From the NCBI GenBank assembly GCA_964016885.1, contig CAXHJY010000349.1, positions 26,423 through 90,422 of the forward strand: a stretch of 64,000 nucleotides of DNA. Reading direction: 5' to 3'. This document shows, piece by piece, positions 1-15,016 of this stretch; position 1 is the first letter of the stretch, and each line of letters starts with the position of its first letter. The stretch comes from Eledone cirrhosa (taxonomy: Eukaryota). The notes under the pieces are model-generated. The model was given only the letters and a program-made list of their open reading frames with translations, had not been told where the DNA came from and ran no database searches. Both the position numbers and the translations under genes were made by a program.

Positions 1-175
1 TCTGTGACCTCTTCAGTGACTGGGGATTCCTTTCTTTGTTTCTGTGCCTCTCCTTTGTTCTGTCCTACGCCATTTTGTTTCTGTGTGTGTGTTGTGTGCT
101 CAGTCTGCGCATGCGCCACATCCGGGTGTCTGTGTGTGTTTATGTTCATTTATTTATTTGTTTATTTACATGTTA
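1..175 (-). mobile_element. 3' pseudo-LTR fragment of the CCHH-type (Neptune/Nematis-like) PLE, cut by the window edge
   Basis: Near-identical to 27669-27843 and 54624-54800; contains the 5' half of the HHR (CTGAAGA on the minus strand at about 11-17). Confidence 0.85.
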
Positions 176-1637
<1,462 letters not shown>

Positions 1638-1659
1638 GAACCTTCCTCTCTAAATATAT

Positions 1660-1908
1660 ATGTAAAAACTAAAAAAAATCTTTTCTCCATTTTATTATTA
1701 GGCGTATAAATATGCAATTTATCTGCACTATTCACTTCGGTCGTTGAAAAAAACATATAAAGCTGAAATCGGTACACGATTAAATGCGGAAATCCCTACT
1801 TTATAAATAAATGTTTTGATATGATACTGAAAAAATCCCTCCAGCATTTTTTACTGTATTCTTTTTCCTTTTTACGATTTGTTTACTCGTGTGTCACTTT
1901 TCTACATT

Positions 1909-1910
<2 letters not shown>
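1660..1910 (+). mobile_element. Diverged relative of family M 3' end
   Basis: Shares cagcatttt..ttttcctttttacga..actcgtgtgtcac with 342-390; ends at (TA)n. Confidence 0.5.
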
Positions 1911-1959
<49 letters not shown>

Positions 1960-1960
<1 letters not shown>

Positions 1961-3586
1961 TAGCAGATTTACCCGGCGTTGCTCGGGGTTTGAAATTATG
2001 CTAAGAATATGCAGCTAGGAAGTAAAAGAAGAACATTATTTGTCCCCAACCTGTCAAAATAAGCAGAAGTCTTCAATAATTAATGCAAACGAATATTTAG
2101 TGCAATCTTTGTACGCATAAAACTATGCTGATAATGAAGGAAAACACTGAACAGGATGTAGTTATACAAATGATTAACGACAATACACGTTGCAAATCTG
2201 TAAAAAAACAGGCAGTTTTGCTAAAGTACAAAAAGTTGTAATGAAAGCAGAGTTGTATACAAACAAAAAAAAACAATGAGAGTAGAATAAGAGAAAATCT
2301 ATTCTTTGAGAGCATCCTTTGCTGTGTATGGTTAAATTTTGAACTTATAATCCAAAATATCCTGCATGACATATTCATTGGTATGTTTTGTAATGAGAAA
2401 GGTGAAGTCAAGGCAGAGCTGTAATAAGTTTTTTGTTAACACTAAAGCACTTCAGGATAGACGATATTCTTCGTTTTTCTTTTCGGAACAAACGCAAAGA
2501 GATTATCTCGACTGCCAACTCGTGAGCAGGCAACGTAGAATTGTCCGTGCGAAAAGCAAGGTTCATCCAAGTGAATTCCCTCGACGGACAGAGTTTGACC
2601 TTGCGACTTGTTTATGGACATCGCAAAGGCAACACGAAGAGGAAATTGGGTTCGGCGAAAGGAGAAGGGAGTATCCACGCCTGATGTAGTCAGGCTAATT
2701 TTTGTTATTATCACATCCTCACCTTTTCCACACCCGGATAGAATGGTAGCGTCAATACTAAGTGGAGACAGTTTTTTAACCACAAGGCGGATAGTTTTGG
2801 AGGAGTGAACGAAACTACTTTAAAAATATAAAAGCTGTTGGTCCCAATGGTTTGAATGGAAAGTCCCATAAGGATTGTTCTAAAAATAAACAAACCATCA
2901 TCAAAATCTCGTCAATTCGAGACTGCTGCGAGATTAGGCCCTTACCACGAAAATTAACACTTAATATAGTGAAACAAGTTAAAACAACAAGTGTTTTTTT
3001 TAACTTTAAAAGTGCAACAATTTTTTTTTTGTATCAACATGGCTTATGAAAATTTTAAAAATGTAAAAGTTGTAGGTCCCAATGTTTTGAATGGAAAGTC
3101 CCATAACGATTGTTCTAAAAATAAACAAACCATCATCAAAATCTCGTCAATTCGAGACTGCTGCGAGATTAGGTCCTTAACGCGAAAATTAACACTTAAT
3201 ATAGTGAAATAAGTTAAAACAACAAGTATTTTTTTAACTTTGAAAGTGCAACAAAGAATAAACAAAAAACAGGATAATATTAGTGATTTATCTTCAAATG
3301 AATCTGTTTATATTTCTGAAAAGTTGGTTATCTCCCTTTTTTATAAGGATTTTCAATAAAGTTGGTTATCTCCCTTACATCAATTTTGCTACCGATAATT
3401 TTGATATCGATTTTTTTTATTGCTCAACGGGGGTCGATTTTAAAACTTTTTGTGATGTGACCATCGTAGCGACCTGTGCAACGTGCACAGACAATTTGGT
3501 CAAATTCGGTTGGTAATTGTAAAAGCCTTAGGTATCCAAAGTTGTACACAGACACACACACATCCTCGCTTTTATATATATAAAGA
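1960..3586 (-). mobile_element. Internally deleted Helitron
   Basis: Minus strand begins TC (3586-3585) after A and ends with hairpin cccggcgttgctcggg (1972-1987) plus CTAG (1960-1963) before T, i.e. an A|T insertion. Carries a PIF1 helicase C-terminus and an internal ~235-bp tandem duplication (about 2815-3020 and 3050-3255). Confidence 0.92.
2442..2783 (-). pseudogene. Helitron RepHel PIF1-type helicase C-terminal fragment
   Basis: RRTQFPLRVAFAMSINKSQGQTL, FSHGQFYVACSRV and TKNIVYPEVL match PIF1 motifs V/VI and the typical Helitron C-terminus. Confidence 0.92.
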
Positions 3587-3587
3587 T

Positions 3588-3849
3588 AAAAGTCAGCTCA
3601 AAAGTGACACAGAGAAGATTGAGGTTAGCTGAACATGCTCACCGACATCCAGAGCTGACACTGCACTCAGTGCTCCTGTTGGAGCCCCTGCATGGACACA
3701 CTGGAAGAGGAAAACCAAGGTTAACATATGTTGATGCCCTAAGGACAGACTCTGGTCTCTTGGAGAAACAGGACATGGCGGCGATGATGGGGGACAGAGA
3801 CCGCTGGAGAGAACTCGTCCATGGATCTCGGGAATTTTACACGCCCTAG
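3588..3849 (+). mobile_element. RTE-group LINE 3' end fragment
   Basis: QRRLRLAEH..RH...GRGKPRLTYVD...DRDRWRELV is typical of the RTE ORF C-terminus; followed by microsatellite. Confidence 0.75.
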
Positions 3850-3853
3850 AGAG

Positions 3854-3985
<132 letters not shown>

Positions 3986-4509
3986 TGAGTTGCTATAACC
4001 GCTATTGTACTTAAAACATTCATATATTAAATTAAACGACCACATATTACATGTAAGCCGATAATAAAATGAAAATGTGTGCCGTTTCTACGAGCAGAGT
4101 TAAACTACTACCCCTCCTCACAAAAACCGATGTAACATTTCTTTTTCATTCACCAGGGTTTTCTAAGTACTGAATTATTTATTGAGTTCAATTTAATCGG
4201 CTTTTGCCAATCTTAGAAAGTGAATTTTCTACGCTATTGATTTTAACAGCCGTGAAATCTATCATCTCATTCTAAGTACTGTTTCGTGGTTAGTTTGAAA
4301 ACGACTGTCAGTGCCAAAAATCTTTGAAAATCTTTCCAGACTGTTGAGGTCAATTCGGTAGGTTTGTTACTTGAATAGTTCTGATAATAAAGGTTCAATT
4401 GAAGTTTGAAATAAACTAGGAAGGAAAGGAGCAAAAACGTGGTAATCAGCTGAGATTCTGATGTGGTAGTGCATCCCTTGGAAGTTTAGAGAAACAGGAA
4501 TAATTATAG

Positions 4510-4675
4510 AGTGTGACAAAGATGGCCCTTTGAATTACAGGTACAACCCATATTTACCAGCTGAGCGGAATGGAACAATGCCTAATAACATGTCTAGCTA
4601 AAGGGTACAACTCGCTGCTTGGATTGGAACTCACAACTTTACCATCGTGAGCCTAATACCCTAATCACAAAGCCA
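4510..4675 (-). mobile_element. Degenerate tRNA-derived SINE
   Basis: Reverse complement has tggctttgtgattagggtattaggctcacgatggtaaagttgtgagttccaatcc (A/B box), similar to 24967-25185. Confidence 0.55.
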
Positions 4676-5164
4676 GAAGTAAATAAAGGATAGAACTAGA
4701 TTTTGGCATTTTACGAAAGTTGATTGGTACTTCATTGATTCATCCATGTGTGGATGTCGTCTGCTATATAAGCGTTCGTTTCAATTACATTCATTTACTT
4801 ATTATCATCATGTTTGAAGGTAGCATGACCTAACGATTAAGCTGTTCGCTTCATTATCATTTGTTCCTGGGTCCAATCCCACAGCATCGCATCTTGGGTA
4901 AATATCATTTACCATAGCTTTGGATAGTCACGCTGATTATCAATGAGAATTACAATATGAGTAAGTGTTACGTTTCTGTGAAATGTTTAGCCACTTTCAC
5001 GTTAATTTCACGAGCAGCCTGTTCTGTTGACCGACAAACAGGAACGCTCATCGTTGAAGCCGAAGGAGATCCATTTTATTATTACACTGTACAGAAAATT
5101 TAATTTTGTTTGTAAATATTTTATGAACAGATATTAATTTATAATTTAAGCGCAAGACCATAAA

Positions 5165-5335
5165 ACAGGGAAAGTTGATTAAATCAAGTCTAATTATTGA
5201 CTGGTACTTTATTTTATCGACCCCGGAAGGATGAAACGCTAAGGTAATCTTGACGGGATTTGAAATTAGAATGTAAAGATTCAGAACAAATATCGCAATG
5301 GCATTTTATCGACGCTCTATCAATTCTGCAAATCA
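5165..5335 (-). mobile_element. Degenerate tRNA-SINE with Meta-like central domain
   Basis: ctggtacttttattttatcgaccccggaaggatgaaa matches the 21734-21918 and 22676-22863 family. Confidence 0.65.
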
Positions 5336-6305
5336 ATGGTTTCGTTAGTGAATGCCTCCGATGATCGACCAAGTGGCTTAGCATTCCATAGACATGTGTA
5401 CTATTAACGTAATTCTCGGGGTTATTTAACGTGACGCAGTTTGACAAAGCTTGTTCTTTGAATTACAAGTACAGCCTATCCAACATGCTTCCAAATTGTT
5501 ACAATCAGTTACAAGGCATGGATCATCCGGAAATCAGCAAGGGGGACGCAATGGGATCGAACCCGGAGACTAAGGATTCCAAAGTGAACTCAAACATTTG
5601 CTCATGCTGCGTTTACTGTATATAGCAGTGATGAAATTAAACATTGGGTTTTCTGAATTTGTTTTTAGTGTATAGTGAGGGGAGTGAGGTTCATTACGGT
5701 TTTCAGTGTTTCCGAGACGGATGGGAAGAAGGGAAGAAAGTATCCTGAAACTGGAGATCTAGCTTGAATACTTGCAACAGAGTCGCTAAATCCACCCAAG
5801 GGCCACGTAATGGTATTCAACCTGAGGACGAATTAAGTCTACCATACAGAAAAGTACTAAGTACGTCTAAACTATTTATTCTAATTTTGTTTATATAGAG
5901 TAAAGGATAATATTTAAGAAATAATTTGGAAAGACATATTTCAAATAAGATAAAGCATTTATATTCCGGGAATAAAATCTACTTGTCAAAAGATATAAAA
6001 TCTACTAGTCAAAACTATAGCACCCTCCTATGTGAAGAATTATTTGAAGAGATAATTGGTAAGTCAATCTAGTATCAAAGATTTGTCAGCACGTTATTTA
6101 AATCAATGTAATTACCTCCGATCTTAAGTATAATAATTAAATCCTTTATATCAGGGCAGTAAGTTTGATACTAATTTCGTTTCTTTTCCTGTTTACATTT
6201 GGTTGGAAATCAACCTTGAGGTTTTTATTGATAATTGTTGCAGTAGTTCCTTATTTCTCTTGTGAAATAAATTATCGTTATATCTCATTCCTTAACCTTG
6301 AGTAC

Positions 6306-6478
6306 CAGTGGCGGATTAAGGAGTGTGTTGATTGAGTTGTAGCCAAGGGCCCGCAATATTTATTTCGTTTTTGCTATTATGAATAATGTATTAAAATCAG
6401 TTTGATTCAAAGGGTTCTATGTAATTTTCAGCCATGTGCCCCCATGTGATTTTCAGCCATGTGCTTAATTCACCCCTG
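6306..6478. mobile_element. Putative hAT-type MITE
   Basis: Imperfect TIRs cagtggcggattaag and cttaattcacccctg; no clear TSD. Confidence 0.45.
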
Positions 6479-6918
6479 TGTGAGATGTCTAAATCAGTAT
6501 CTGATTTACAGGAACAAATAAAGAAAAATAACGAATATAGTAAAATAACGAATCAGAAATATGTAAAAAGAAAACTCTTGCTTCTCAAATGAGATTTTAC
6601 ATTGTAAGAAAATTATCAGCTTTTCATAAGGAATAGTTCATAATCTTGGTTAGCAACCGTTTTAATAACCTAACGATATGTGTATTACTTGTCAAAAAAA
6701 CCATCATTCACATATTTTATGAGATTGACAAACTTCCTTGCTAAGTAACTGAATTTATTGTGCGTCACATTTGCTAAGAAACCATGGTGAAACATGCTCC
6801 CAAACAGTAGACAGATTCAGAAGCAAGCAAACGCAGGCACAACATCCACCCATATATAAATATATAATAGTAATAAAATATGTTGTTTTTGTTAAATCAT
6901 GAAACCTGACGGGATAAA

Positions 6919-7004
<86 letters not shown>

Positions 7005-7419
7005 CATTATCATCATCATCCTGGTCTTGTGCCTATAGTAGAAATCATTATCATCATCATCATCATTATTATTATTATCAAAGAGAACAGAGAGGAAAAG
7101 GTAGCACCTAAATTGTTAAAAAATGTTCTCTATCGAAGATTGCCTTTTATGTATTTATGACAATCGAAAGAAAGATCAGAATAAGAAATTTACGAGAAAA
7201 TGAAATAAACAACATTTGTTCTAGAATGACAATTATTCTTTACCAGCAACTAGAAATATAAGCTGGGAGTGAGTTGAGGAGAAAATATTCTTAAATCTAT
7301 CGAAATTGAAATAGAATCATGAAACTATTCCTAAGAATGATTTATGGAGAGAAAGATGTACATATATTGCAATAAGACGCAAATGATGCTTGATAAAATC
7401 CTTCTATGTTCATAGTTCC

Positions 7420-7830
7420 ATAGATGAGGCTATTTATGAGATTGTGACAGTCGAAACGAACTGCCATTGATAGCTGCAATTTGGCAAGGGTTTTAAGGTG
7501 TGGTTATAAACTTGGCTTTATATCAAGTTTCCTATGGCCCCACCCCAAGTGTACGGAATATATTTGACAAGAGTAAAGAATGGAAACCTGTTTTACTTAC
7601 ATGGTTTCGTTTACCACCATGGTTTACAAAATTTGCGCTGTATAGCAAGACTACAAAAATCTAACTGCCTTTAACATCACTGGTGGATGAGTTTAAAGTA
7701 GCAAAAAACCACAGCTATATGATGCAAGAGATTTGGAGTATCCCATTGTTCGGGCAACCCAACCAAATGTGGTGAGAAGAAAATGGTGTGTGAAACATGC
7801 TGATAAGAGAGCAGAAACTATCCTTAAAAA
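7420..7830 (+). pseudogene. Degenerate HERO/R2-superfamily non-LTR RT C-terminal fragment
   Basis: Frame-broken translation reads G.FKVW.Y..G..S.FLWP..Y...LLTWFRLPP.FT.FALYSKT.K..LPLTSLVDEFKVAK and RRKW.V..A..RAE.IL, recognisable by eye as HERO-like motifs. Confidence 0.6.
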
Positions 7831-7907
7831 TGAATACTTTTTCTCTACGAAATATTTACAGCATATCCTAAAAGCATATTATGCAGGCGAAAACAATCTC
7901 CCTACAC

Positions 7908-8101
7908 CAGACCTGTCAACTCTCCTCATCCGGCGGGGAGATGTCCCACCCGCTTTGGGGTGGGTGAGAGATGTCTTATCTTGTAAAAATTGGTATAGCT
8001 TTCATTATGTAAAATCTCCCCATTTTACCACATTTCTCCCGTTTGGGGGCACTTTTTTTCATGGTACTCCCCATTTGGGTTTTTAGAGGTTGGCAGATCT
8101 G
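7908..8101. mobile_element. hAT-like MITE (second partial inverted copy at about 14085-14225)
   Basis: TIRs cagacctgtcaac and gttggcagatctg; ctacac flanks both sides. Confidence 0.65.
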
Positions 8102-9154
8102 CTACACACTTACTATAACACTATAAAGGTACACATTTTAACAGTTGCTCTGTGTTTGGAAACCATAACTAGAGATGAACATAAGTAAAAAGGGATAAGG
8201 AATCCAAAATTTCTCGGAGCTACAACAATCAATATCCAAATATGCAGGTGATTGCAAATGTTACAGTGTTGCTTATAACCATCCAGTAAATTACTCTAGT
8301 GGGTCACAAGAAATTCAAATGTTCGCTCACAATGTTTTCGAATTAAAAGAGGTGCCGGACCATTAGTTCCTGAAAATGAGTATTGTACCTGTATTAATTT
8401 ATTATCTTGTTCGTAGTTTACTCCATACGCTGCGTTTCGAGTAACACGTTATTTTTTTTTCTGCTTCAAATATGTTACTTCTTACACAGGGTTAAACAAA
8501 TAATATAAGCCTATTAAAGTATATATTATTCTTCCTTAGTTTAAAATTAAAGTACATATTTTTGTCTGAGACTTACAGTTGTAGTCGTTATATCTTCGTC
8601 GGTTCCGATGACGCGTGGCTTACTGTTTACAGCTTGTTTAGGCTATTAATCCTCACTGGCACTAGCAGTAAATACATAAAATTTGGTCTCACGACGAGAA
8701 AAATATAGATAAATACTTATTTTATCGATTTTAGATTGATAAAATGCAAAAATCGATTAGGGCAGGAATTGACCCGAGAACGGCAAGTTACTGAAATCAA
8801 TATAGTAAACATCAAAAATGATATTCTATTGTTTATGACATCACCACCACACTCATTAGTTGGAATGTTATGTTGTTGAAAGCTAAATAATAAAATCAGA
8901 CAGTATTTGTTTTGCATACAGCTGTAACTTCTCATAAACGATCAGATATCATCTGCTGTTTCATTTGGAAGATGAAAAGCTCTCTGATAGCTTTGAATGT
9001 GTGTTTTATTAATTGTTTCTAATATAATATATTAGTGACAACATTCACCGGTTAAAAATATTTGAACGATATCTAACGAGATAAGGCAAACACAATCACA
9101 AAAGTAACATGAATAATAATTGATTTCTAACATAAATAATACGTCTGTCTCACA

Positions 9155-9350
9155 TTGTCACAAGGCCAGCAATTTGGAGGAAAGGGAAAGTCAATTATAT
9201 CAACACCATTACTTAACTAGTACTTTATTTTATCGACCCTAGAAGGGTGAAAGGTTAAGTTGACCTTGGCAGAATTTGAACTCAGAATTTAAAGAGCCAT
9301 AACTATATACTCCAAAGCATTTTGTCCGATGCTTTCACGATTCTGCCAGC
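9155..9350 (-). mobile_element. tRNA-SINE, Meta-like domain
   Basis: tactttattttatcgaccct..gaaagg..aagttgacctt..atttgaactcag matches the family. Confidence 0.7.
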
Positions 9351-9504
9351 CACAAGATCCCCATATGTGTGTAACATAAACGAAATCGTAAGGGGTTACA
9401 AAATGTGTGGTGGACAAAATAAAGTTATATAAAAAGGAGGCGAAAGACCAGACACGTTATGCAATATATAATTAAACATGTTAATATATATATATATTTA
9501 TATA

Positions 9505-9710
9505 TAGTAATAATAATAAATGTGAAGACCAAAATCCAAAGAGGGCTCGATACGGATAAATATATATCAAATATATAAGAACCCTAGAGCAAATATTTAT
9601 TAAAATAACAGATTAAAGTTCAAGCAAAGAATCGCTGCTTTCACCCTTAACGGGACCCGTAAAGGGTGAAAGCAGAGATTCTTTGCTTAAAGTTTAATGT
9701 GTTTTAATAA
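9505..9710. mobile_element. Short palindromic insertion of the 3' terminus of the PLE at 30718-33640
   Basis: 9505-9655 is the reverse complement of 33567-33640 and 56866-57008; 9656-9710 is the inverted arm. Confidence 0.8.
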
Positions 9711-9780
9711 ATAAATAAATAAATAAATATATATATATATATATATGTTGGTTGCATATCGTATTCCAAAACTGCCATCA

Positions 9781-10085
9781 GTGTAGGCGTATGGTTAAGT
9801 GGTTAGAGCGTCGGGCTTGCACTCGTGAGGTTCTGAGTTCGATTTTCAAACCGGGTGATGCAAGACACTTTATTTCACTTTGCTCTAAAATGAGTTGTGA
9901 TGCCACTGATGCCAAGCTGTGTTGGCATAAACTTTACCCCTCGACATCGGTGGCGTGAAAATGGGAGACTGGTATGAGCGGGCGATTGCTGGTCGTCTAC
10001 AAGCAACCTTGCCTGGACGTTGTGTCGCGGAGAGCTTTCTAGATGCCAATCCCATGGTCATTCGTGATCGAAAGGTTCTTTTTTA
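9781..10085 (+). mobile_element. tRNA-derived SINE (CORE-like)
   Basis: ggcgtatggttaagtggttagagcg..gagttcgatt (A/B boxes) followed by gcaagacactttatttcac. Confidence 0.7.
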
Positions 10086-10160
10086 CTATATATATATATA
10101 TATATTATTCATTCCTCTCTTCCCCACCTCAAAGGTGGTCTTTATCGGGTTGATTGTCTA

Positions 10161-11180
10161 TTGATATCTAACAATCTTAGCAATTCTAATATAGAGAAAA
10201 ACAAAAAACAAATTAGAAAATTCCTAAAGGACTATTACAACCTTAATATCACCTTTGAAAACACCTCAAAAGTAGCTAACTTCCTTGACGTTACCTTAGA
10301 CCTCTCTACGAATATTTATCAACCTTACCACAAACCCAACCAGAATCTACACTATGTACATTCACGCTCTAACCACCCTGGCTCTACACTAAAAAACTTA
10401 GTATATAACATATCTCTTAGACTTTCTAAATTATCTTCCAATGAGGATATATTTTATAAAAATGCACCCTTCTACAACGAGGCCCTAACTAGAAGTGGAT
10501 ATAAAGAAACAATTTCATATATCCTCAACACTACTATGGACCATACTACAAAACCTAGCAAAAACTACAAACACCAAAAAATACCATCGAAACAAATGCC
10601 TAATGGGGTCATTCCCATCACACCAAACAACCGAAAAACCACAACAACTATTACTACACGATCTATGACCAATGTTAACAACTCACATATGACTACCAAA
10701 CATTCAACCTCTCATAATATACCCAATAATAATACCAAATACAACCACTGCAATTTACCAAAATCCACAAATACAAATACTAACCATAGGAACTCTTCTA
10801 GAACACAGCACATTAATATAAGTGAGAATAAGAACTTAACTAAAAACCGCAAAAGAAACATAACATGGTACAACGCACCCTTCAACCTGCAAACTATTGG
10901 ACAAATCCCCAAAACTTTCTTCGAAATTCTACATAAACATTTTCCACCAAACCACAGATACCACCAAATATTTAACAGGTATACTGTTAAATTCTCATAC
11001 TCTACATCAAACAATCTCCAACAGAAAATAAGCAACTACAACATTTATAAATTTAAAAATAATATGACCACACCACCACAACATAATTTAAATAAGACTG
11101 CACCTTTAAAAGGACAAATAATACAATTCTTCAACCTGGAAAACACAACCACCCAAATCACCAACACAAAAACAACATAA
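10161..11180 (+). pseudogene. PLE RT C-terminal/thumb fragment with low-complexity linkers
   Basis: NFLDVTLDL, YHKPN..YVH.RSNHP, LRLSKLSS, RNITWYNAPF, IFNRYTVKFSYS; frameshifted relative to the endonuclease. Confidence 0.88.
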
Positions 11181-11317
11181 CACAAAATCACAATACAACC
11201 CCAGCACTAAATCACCCACAAAGCAGCACTCATTCTCTCTCTAACATTAATTACAATAAGAATAGCTCCAGGATTAATGAGAATTATGTAGGTACCTCCA
11301 ACAACCATCTTACGTAT

Positions 11318-11746
11318 GGTTGTAATTGCAGAAATAGAAGCGTTTGCCCCTTAAATGGCAACTGTTTGATTAATAATGTAATATATAAATGCACTGTGTC
11401 TACTACTGACTCCAACAAATCGTATATAGGATCTACATCGAACACATTTAAGAAAAGATATTACGCACACTCCAGTAGCTTTAATAATACTAAACTAACT
11501 AACACGACATCTTTAGCTGAAGCAGTAAATAACTATAAAAAGAAAGGAATAGATTTCAAGCTATCGTGGGATATCATTCTGCAAAGAACTCCATATCTTG
11601 GTAACAGGAGAGAATGCAGATTATGTTCCGGAGAGATCTTGGAAATTATTAAATCTAAGGACGATTTATTGAATAAAATACAAGAACTGATTAGAGCTTG
11701 TAATCACCGTATACGAAAAACATTTAAGTACTATAAACCTAATTAA
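11318..11746 (+). pseudogene. PLE GIY-YIG endonuclease
   Basis: GCNCRNRSVCPLNGNCLINNVIYKC..YIGSTS.TFKKRY..H, CRLC..E, LLNK..E..CNH. Confidence 0.9.
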
Positions 11747-11953
11747 ACATTCTAAATAGCAGCTCACTATAGCTCTATGTGACGTACCATTTTGTTAGTA
11801 TCCCCTTCTCCTAATTATACGCCTTCCTGTTAATTTTTTAACCTTTACATTTTTTAGCTTCCATAGATTCATGCGTTACGGACTAAGGGCATCAAGGTAC
11901 ATAACCACCTGTAATTGCATGGGTATACATGTATCTATGTATGTATGGTAAGA

Positions 11954-12019
<66 letters not shown>

Positions 12020-12841
12020 ATATGTGTGTATGTGTGTGTGTATGTGTATGTACATGTATGTGTGTGTACATGTATATATGTATGTATATGTATGTATATA
12101 TATATATATATGTATGTGTGCGTGTATGTATGTATATGTATATATCTATGTATGCGTATGTATGTTTTTAATGGAGTATCAATGTAATCATACCTCTATC
12201 TATATATGTGAGTATATGTACTTTTGTGATCTGAGAAAATTATGCGTTTTGGCTATATGGCAACATGCATTTATCTGGGTTTGGTTACTTATACATAGAC
12301 CCACTTGAAAATATTTACTATTTTATATTTTATGATGCATCATGCGCTATATTATACTATATACAATGTACCATACGGCACTATATTATATTACATTATA
12401 TTATATTATTATATTATTGTATTTTATTATCTTATTATAATTTTCATCTTTTAATATACTATCCTTCCTAGTTATGATCATTAATTTACCTATCTATATT
12501 TATCCTAGTTATTTCCGTATATTTTATATTTCTTTATTTATATTCACCTAAAAACTCCATACAACACAACTCAACATATAATTTTTACATCCCTTTTTAA
12601 ACTTTACCCCACCATCTACATTCCACTATCAATACAACAATCCCTTTTCTTCATAGGTTCTTCATAGTAATTCTATTTTTAACACCATTCAACCATTCCT
12701 TTCAAAAGTCATGACCTCAACTAAAGTGAGTTATATTTCGTCTTAACATCATATGGCAAAACACCAATTGATTGGTTTGTTCTTCAGCTACCTCCAAATA
12801 AGGTTATAGAACTCAATTTACTATTGATTTTGAATAAAATT

Positions 12842-12987
12842 TTCGTTGCTTTTGAAAACGCCTGACGATATACACGTAGGTAAATATATTCCTTATTTGA
12901 TATTTTGTAACTAACCTTACATAGATCGATAACAAAATATGCGTACGATGTATTATTATCACCTAGAAACGATCGTAAATAAGTGAA
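12842..12987 (+). ncRNA. Diverged family A HHR with TTGAAAA (U3-A8) core and long stem II
   Basis: TTGAAAA at 12852-12858, long imperfect hairpin, then GAAA-CGATCG-TA; stem I is weak. Confidence 0.45.
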
Positions 12988-13028
12988 GTATATTCCTAAT
13001 GACTTGAATTTTTATTTCATTGTTTTAA

Positions 13029-13080
<52 letters not shown>

Positions 13081-13108
13081 TATTTCCGTAGAAAAGGTAA
13101 AGGAAAGA

Positions 13109-13186
13109 ATTGTTTCGTCTGACGATTAAGCTAGATGTTTCTGCAAGAATCATCTAGTTACTTGAAACCTTCGGTAATTAAATAAT
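13109..13186 (+). ncRNA. Type I hammerhead ribozyme (orphan)
   Basis: attgtttcgt-CTGACGA-tta.agctagatg..catctagtt.actt-GAAA-CC TTC GG-TA-attaaataat. Confidence 0.7.
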
Positions 13187-13379
13187 TATATTGTATTGTT
13201 TATGTAAACACACACACAAATACATACACGCACACATGGATCAGATGGTATTTGAACTCGGAAACAAAATACTGTAAAACATGTAAACACTCTTCTAGGT
13301 TTATCTGCTTTCCAACCACAATATCAAAGGACATTTGAACAGGGTCAGTATTATTTAAAACTAATGTACCTGTGCTGTC

Positions 13380-13487
13380 AATAATTGTTTCTACTTTTGG
13401 CACAAGGCCATCAATTACCCAGTACATTACTGGTACTTTATTTTATCGACCCGTAAGGATGAAAGGCAAAGTTAACCTCGGCGGGAT
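13380..13487 (-). mobile_element. Partial tRNA-SINE (Meta-like 3' half)
   Basis: Near-identical to the reverse complement of 22760-22866. Confidence 0.75.
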
Positions 13488-14401
13488 AACCTGTGCTGTC
13501 AATAATGATGGCAATAGCGTTGAATGTATTCAATTTTTGCTATTCAGGATTGATGTGCCATGTATATTAGGATTAGCGGATATATGAACAATCATAATAA
13601 CTAGGAAATCTGCATTCTGATAAATTAGTGATTTGCATAATAGAAACCGTATAGTTTAATAATTCATGGATATAATTACATAAATCTTTAGCGTTTATAT
13701 ACAAATCTTTAGCGTTTATATACAAATCTTTAGCGTTTATATACAAAGTTTTCCTTCTCATACATGATTAAATGTATGAGAAGGAAAACTTTGGGAAATA
13801 ATCCAGGACCTTGTGATTGGAGAGCGAACTTTTTACTGTAGTAACATGACTAAGATACGAAATCCACGGTATGTGTGTGTGTATATACTTGCTTGTTTGC
13901 GCAAAAACACACACACATATATATATATATATATGCGTGTGTATGTGTGTTTGTGTTATATTGAAAAGACAACTAAACCCCAGTTTGATAATTTTTATTA
14001 AGGCTGTTTCATATTTCCTCATTAGTTCTTTACGTTTAGTTTGGAACGTTAGCGTTCATAAATCCATGTGTGTATCACACATGCTAATCTCTAAAAATCC
14101 AAACAGGGAGTACCATGAATAAAAAGTGTTCCAAAACGGTGAGAAATGAGGCAAAATGGGGAGAAAGCTATACTCATTTTCACAAGAGAAAACATCTCTC
14201 ACCCACCCCAAAGGAGGTGGGAGCTGTGATGGCTTCGAAAGTTTAATACACATGTATATATGGCCGCTTCTGTTAGACTCTAGATTAAGAACTATTAAGG
14301 AAATATGAAACATCTTTGATAAAAGACTCAAACTGGAACACAATTTTGTTTCTCATTTAACAATAGTGAAAAAAAAGCTATTCCCTATTCACACAAACAC
14401 A

Positions 14402-14444
<43 letters not shown>

Positions 14445-14473
14445 CACACACACACAAACACACACACACACAG

Positions 14474-14547
<74 letters not shown>

Positions 14548-14549
<2 letters not shown>

Positions 14550-14959
14550 CGTTTCTGAATTTGTTTAGCAAGATTCTTTATCTGAAAACGTGTGTTGAAA
14601 CCGATATTGTTATGCTTTGGGAGGGTGATGTTGCCAATAAGAAACACACGCACCAGTTGCTTTCACTTCAATTTATTATAAATTAAATTTATAAATTTCC
14701 GGTTGGTTGGTTGGTTCCACAATCAGACGATTGTTCATATATTGTTAAAGTTCTTTCGTCACACATTCTGTAACCTCTTCAGTAACTGGGGATTCTTTTC
14801 TTTGTTTTTTGCCTCTCCTTTGTTCTGTCCTACGCCATCTTGTTGTTGAATGTGTGACGAAAGAACTTTGACAATATATGAACAATCGTCTGATTGTGGA
14901 ACCAACCAACCAACCGGAAATTTATAAATTCCTAAATTTACATGACCCTCGAAAAGCAT

Positions 14960-14964
<5 letters not shown>
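14548..14964. mobile_element. Palindromic terminal fragment of the CCHH-type PLE
   Basis: Left arm has the long 3' end (matches 54382-54700); right arm 14850-14964 is inverted and ends at ataacaatat. Confidence 0.85.

Positions 14965-15013
<49 letters not shown>

Positions 15014-15016
<3 letters not shown>

Larger units (their letters stand above)
10120..13032 (+). mobile_element. 5'-truncated Penelope-like element, Hydra-like family A
   Basis: RT motif C/E and thumb, GIY-YIG with CNC..CPL.G.C linker and C..C/CNH; 3' UTR ends with the family A HHR region at a (TA)n tract. Confidence 0.88.
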
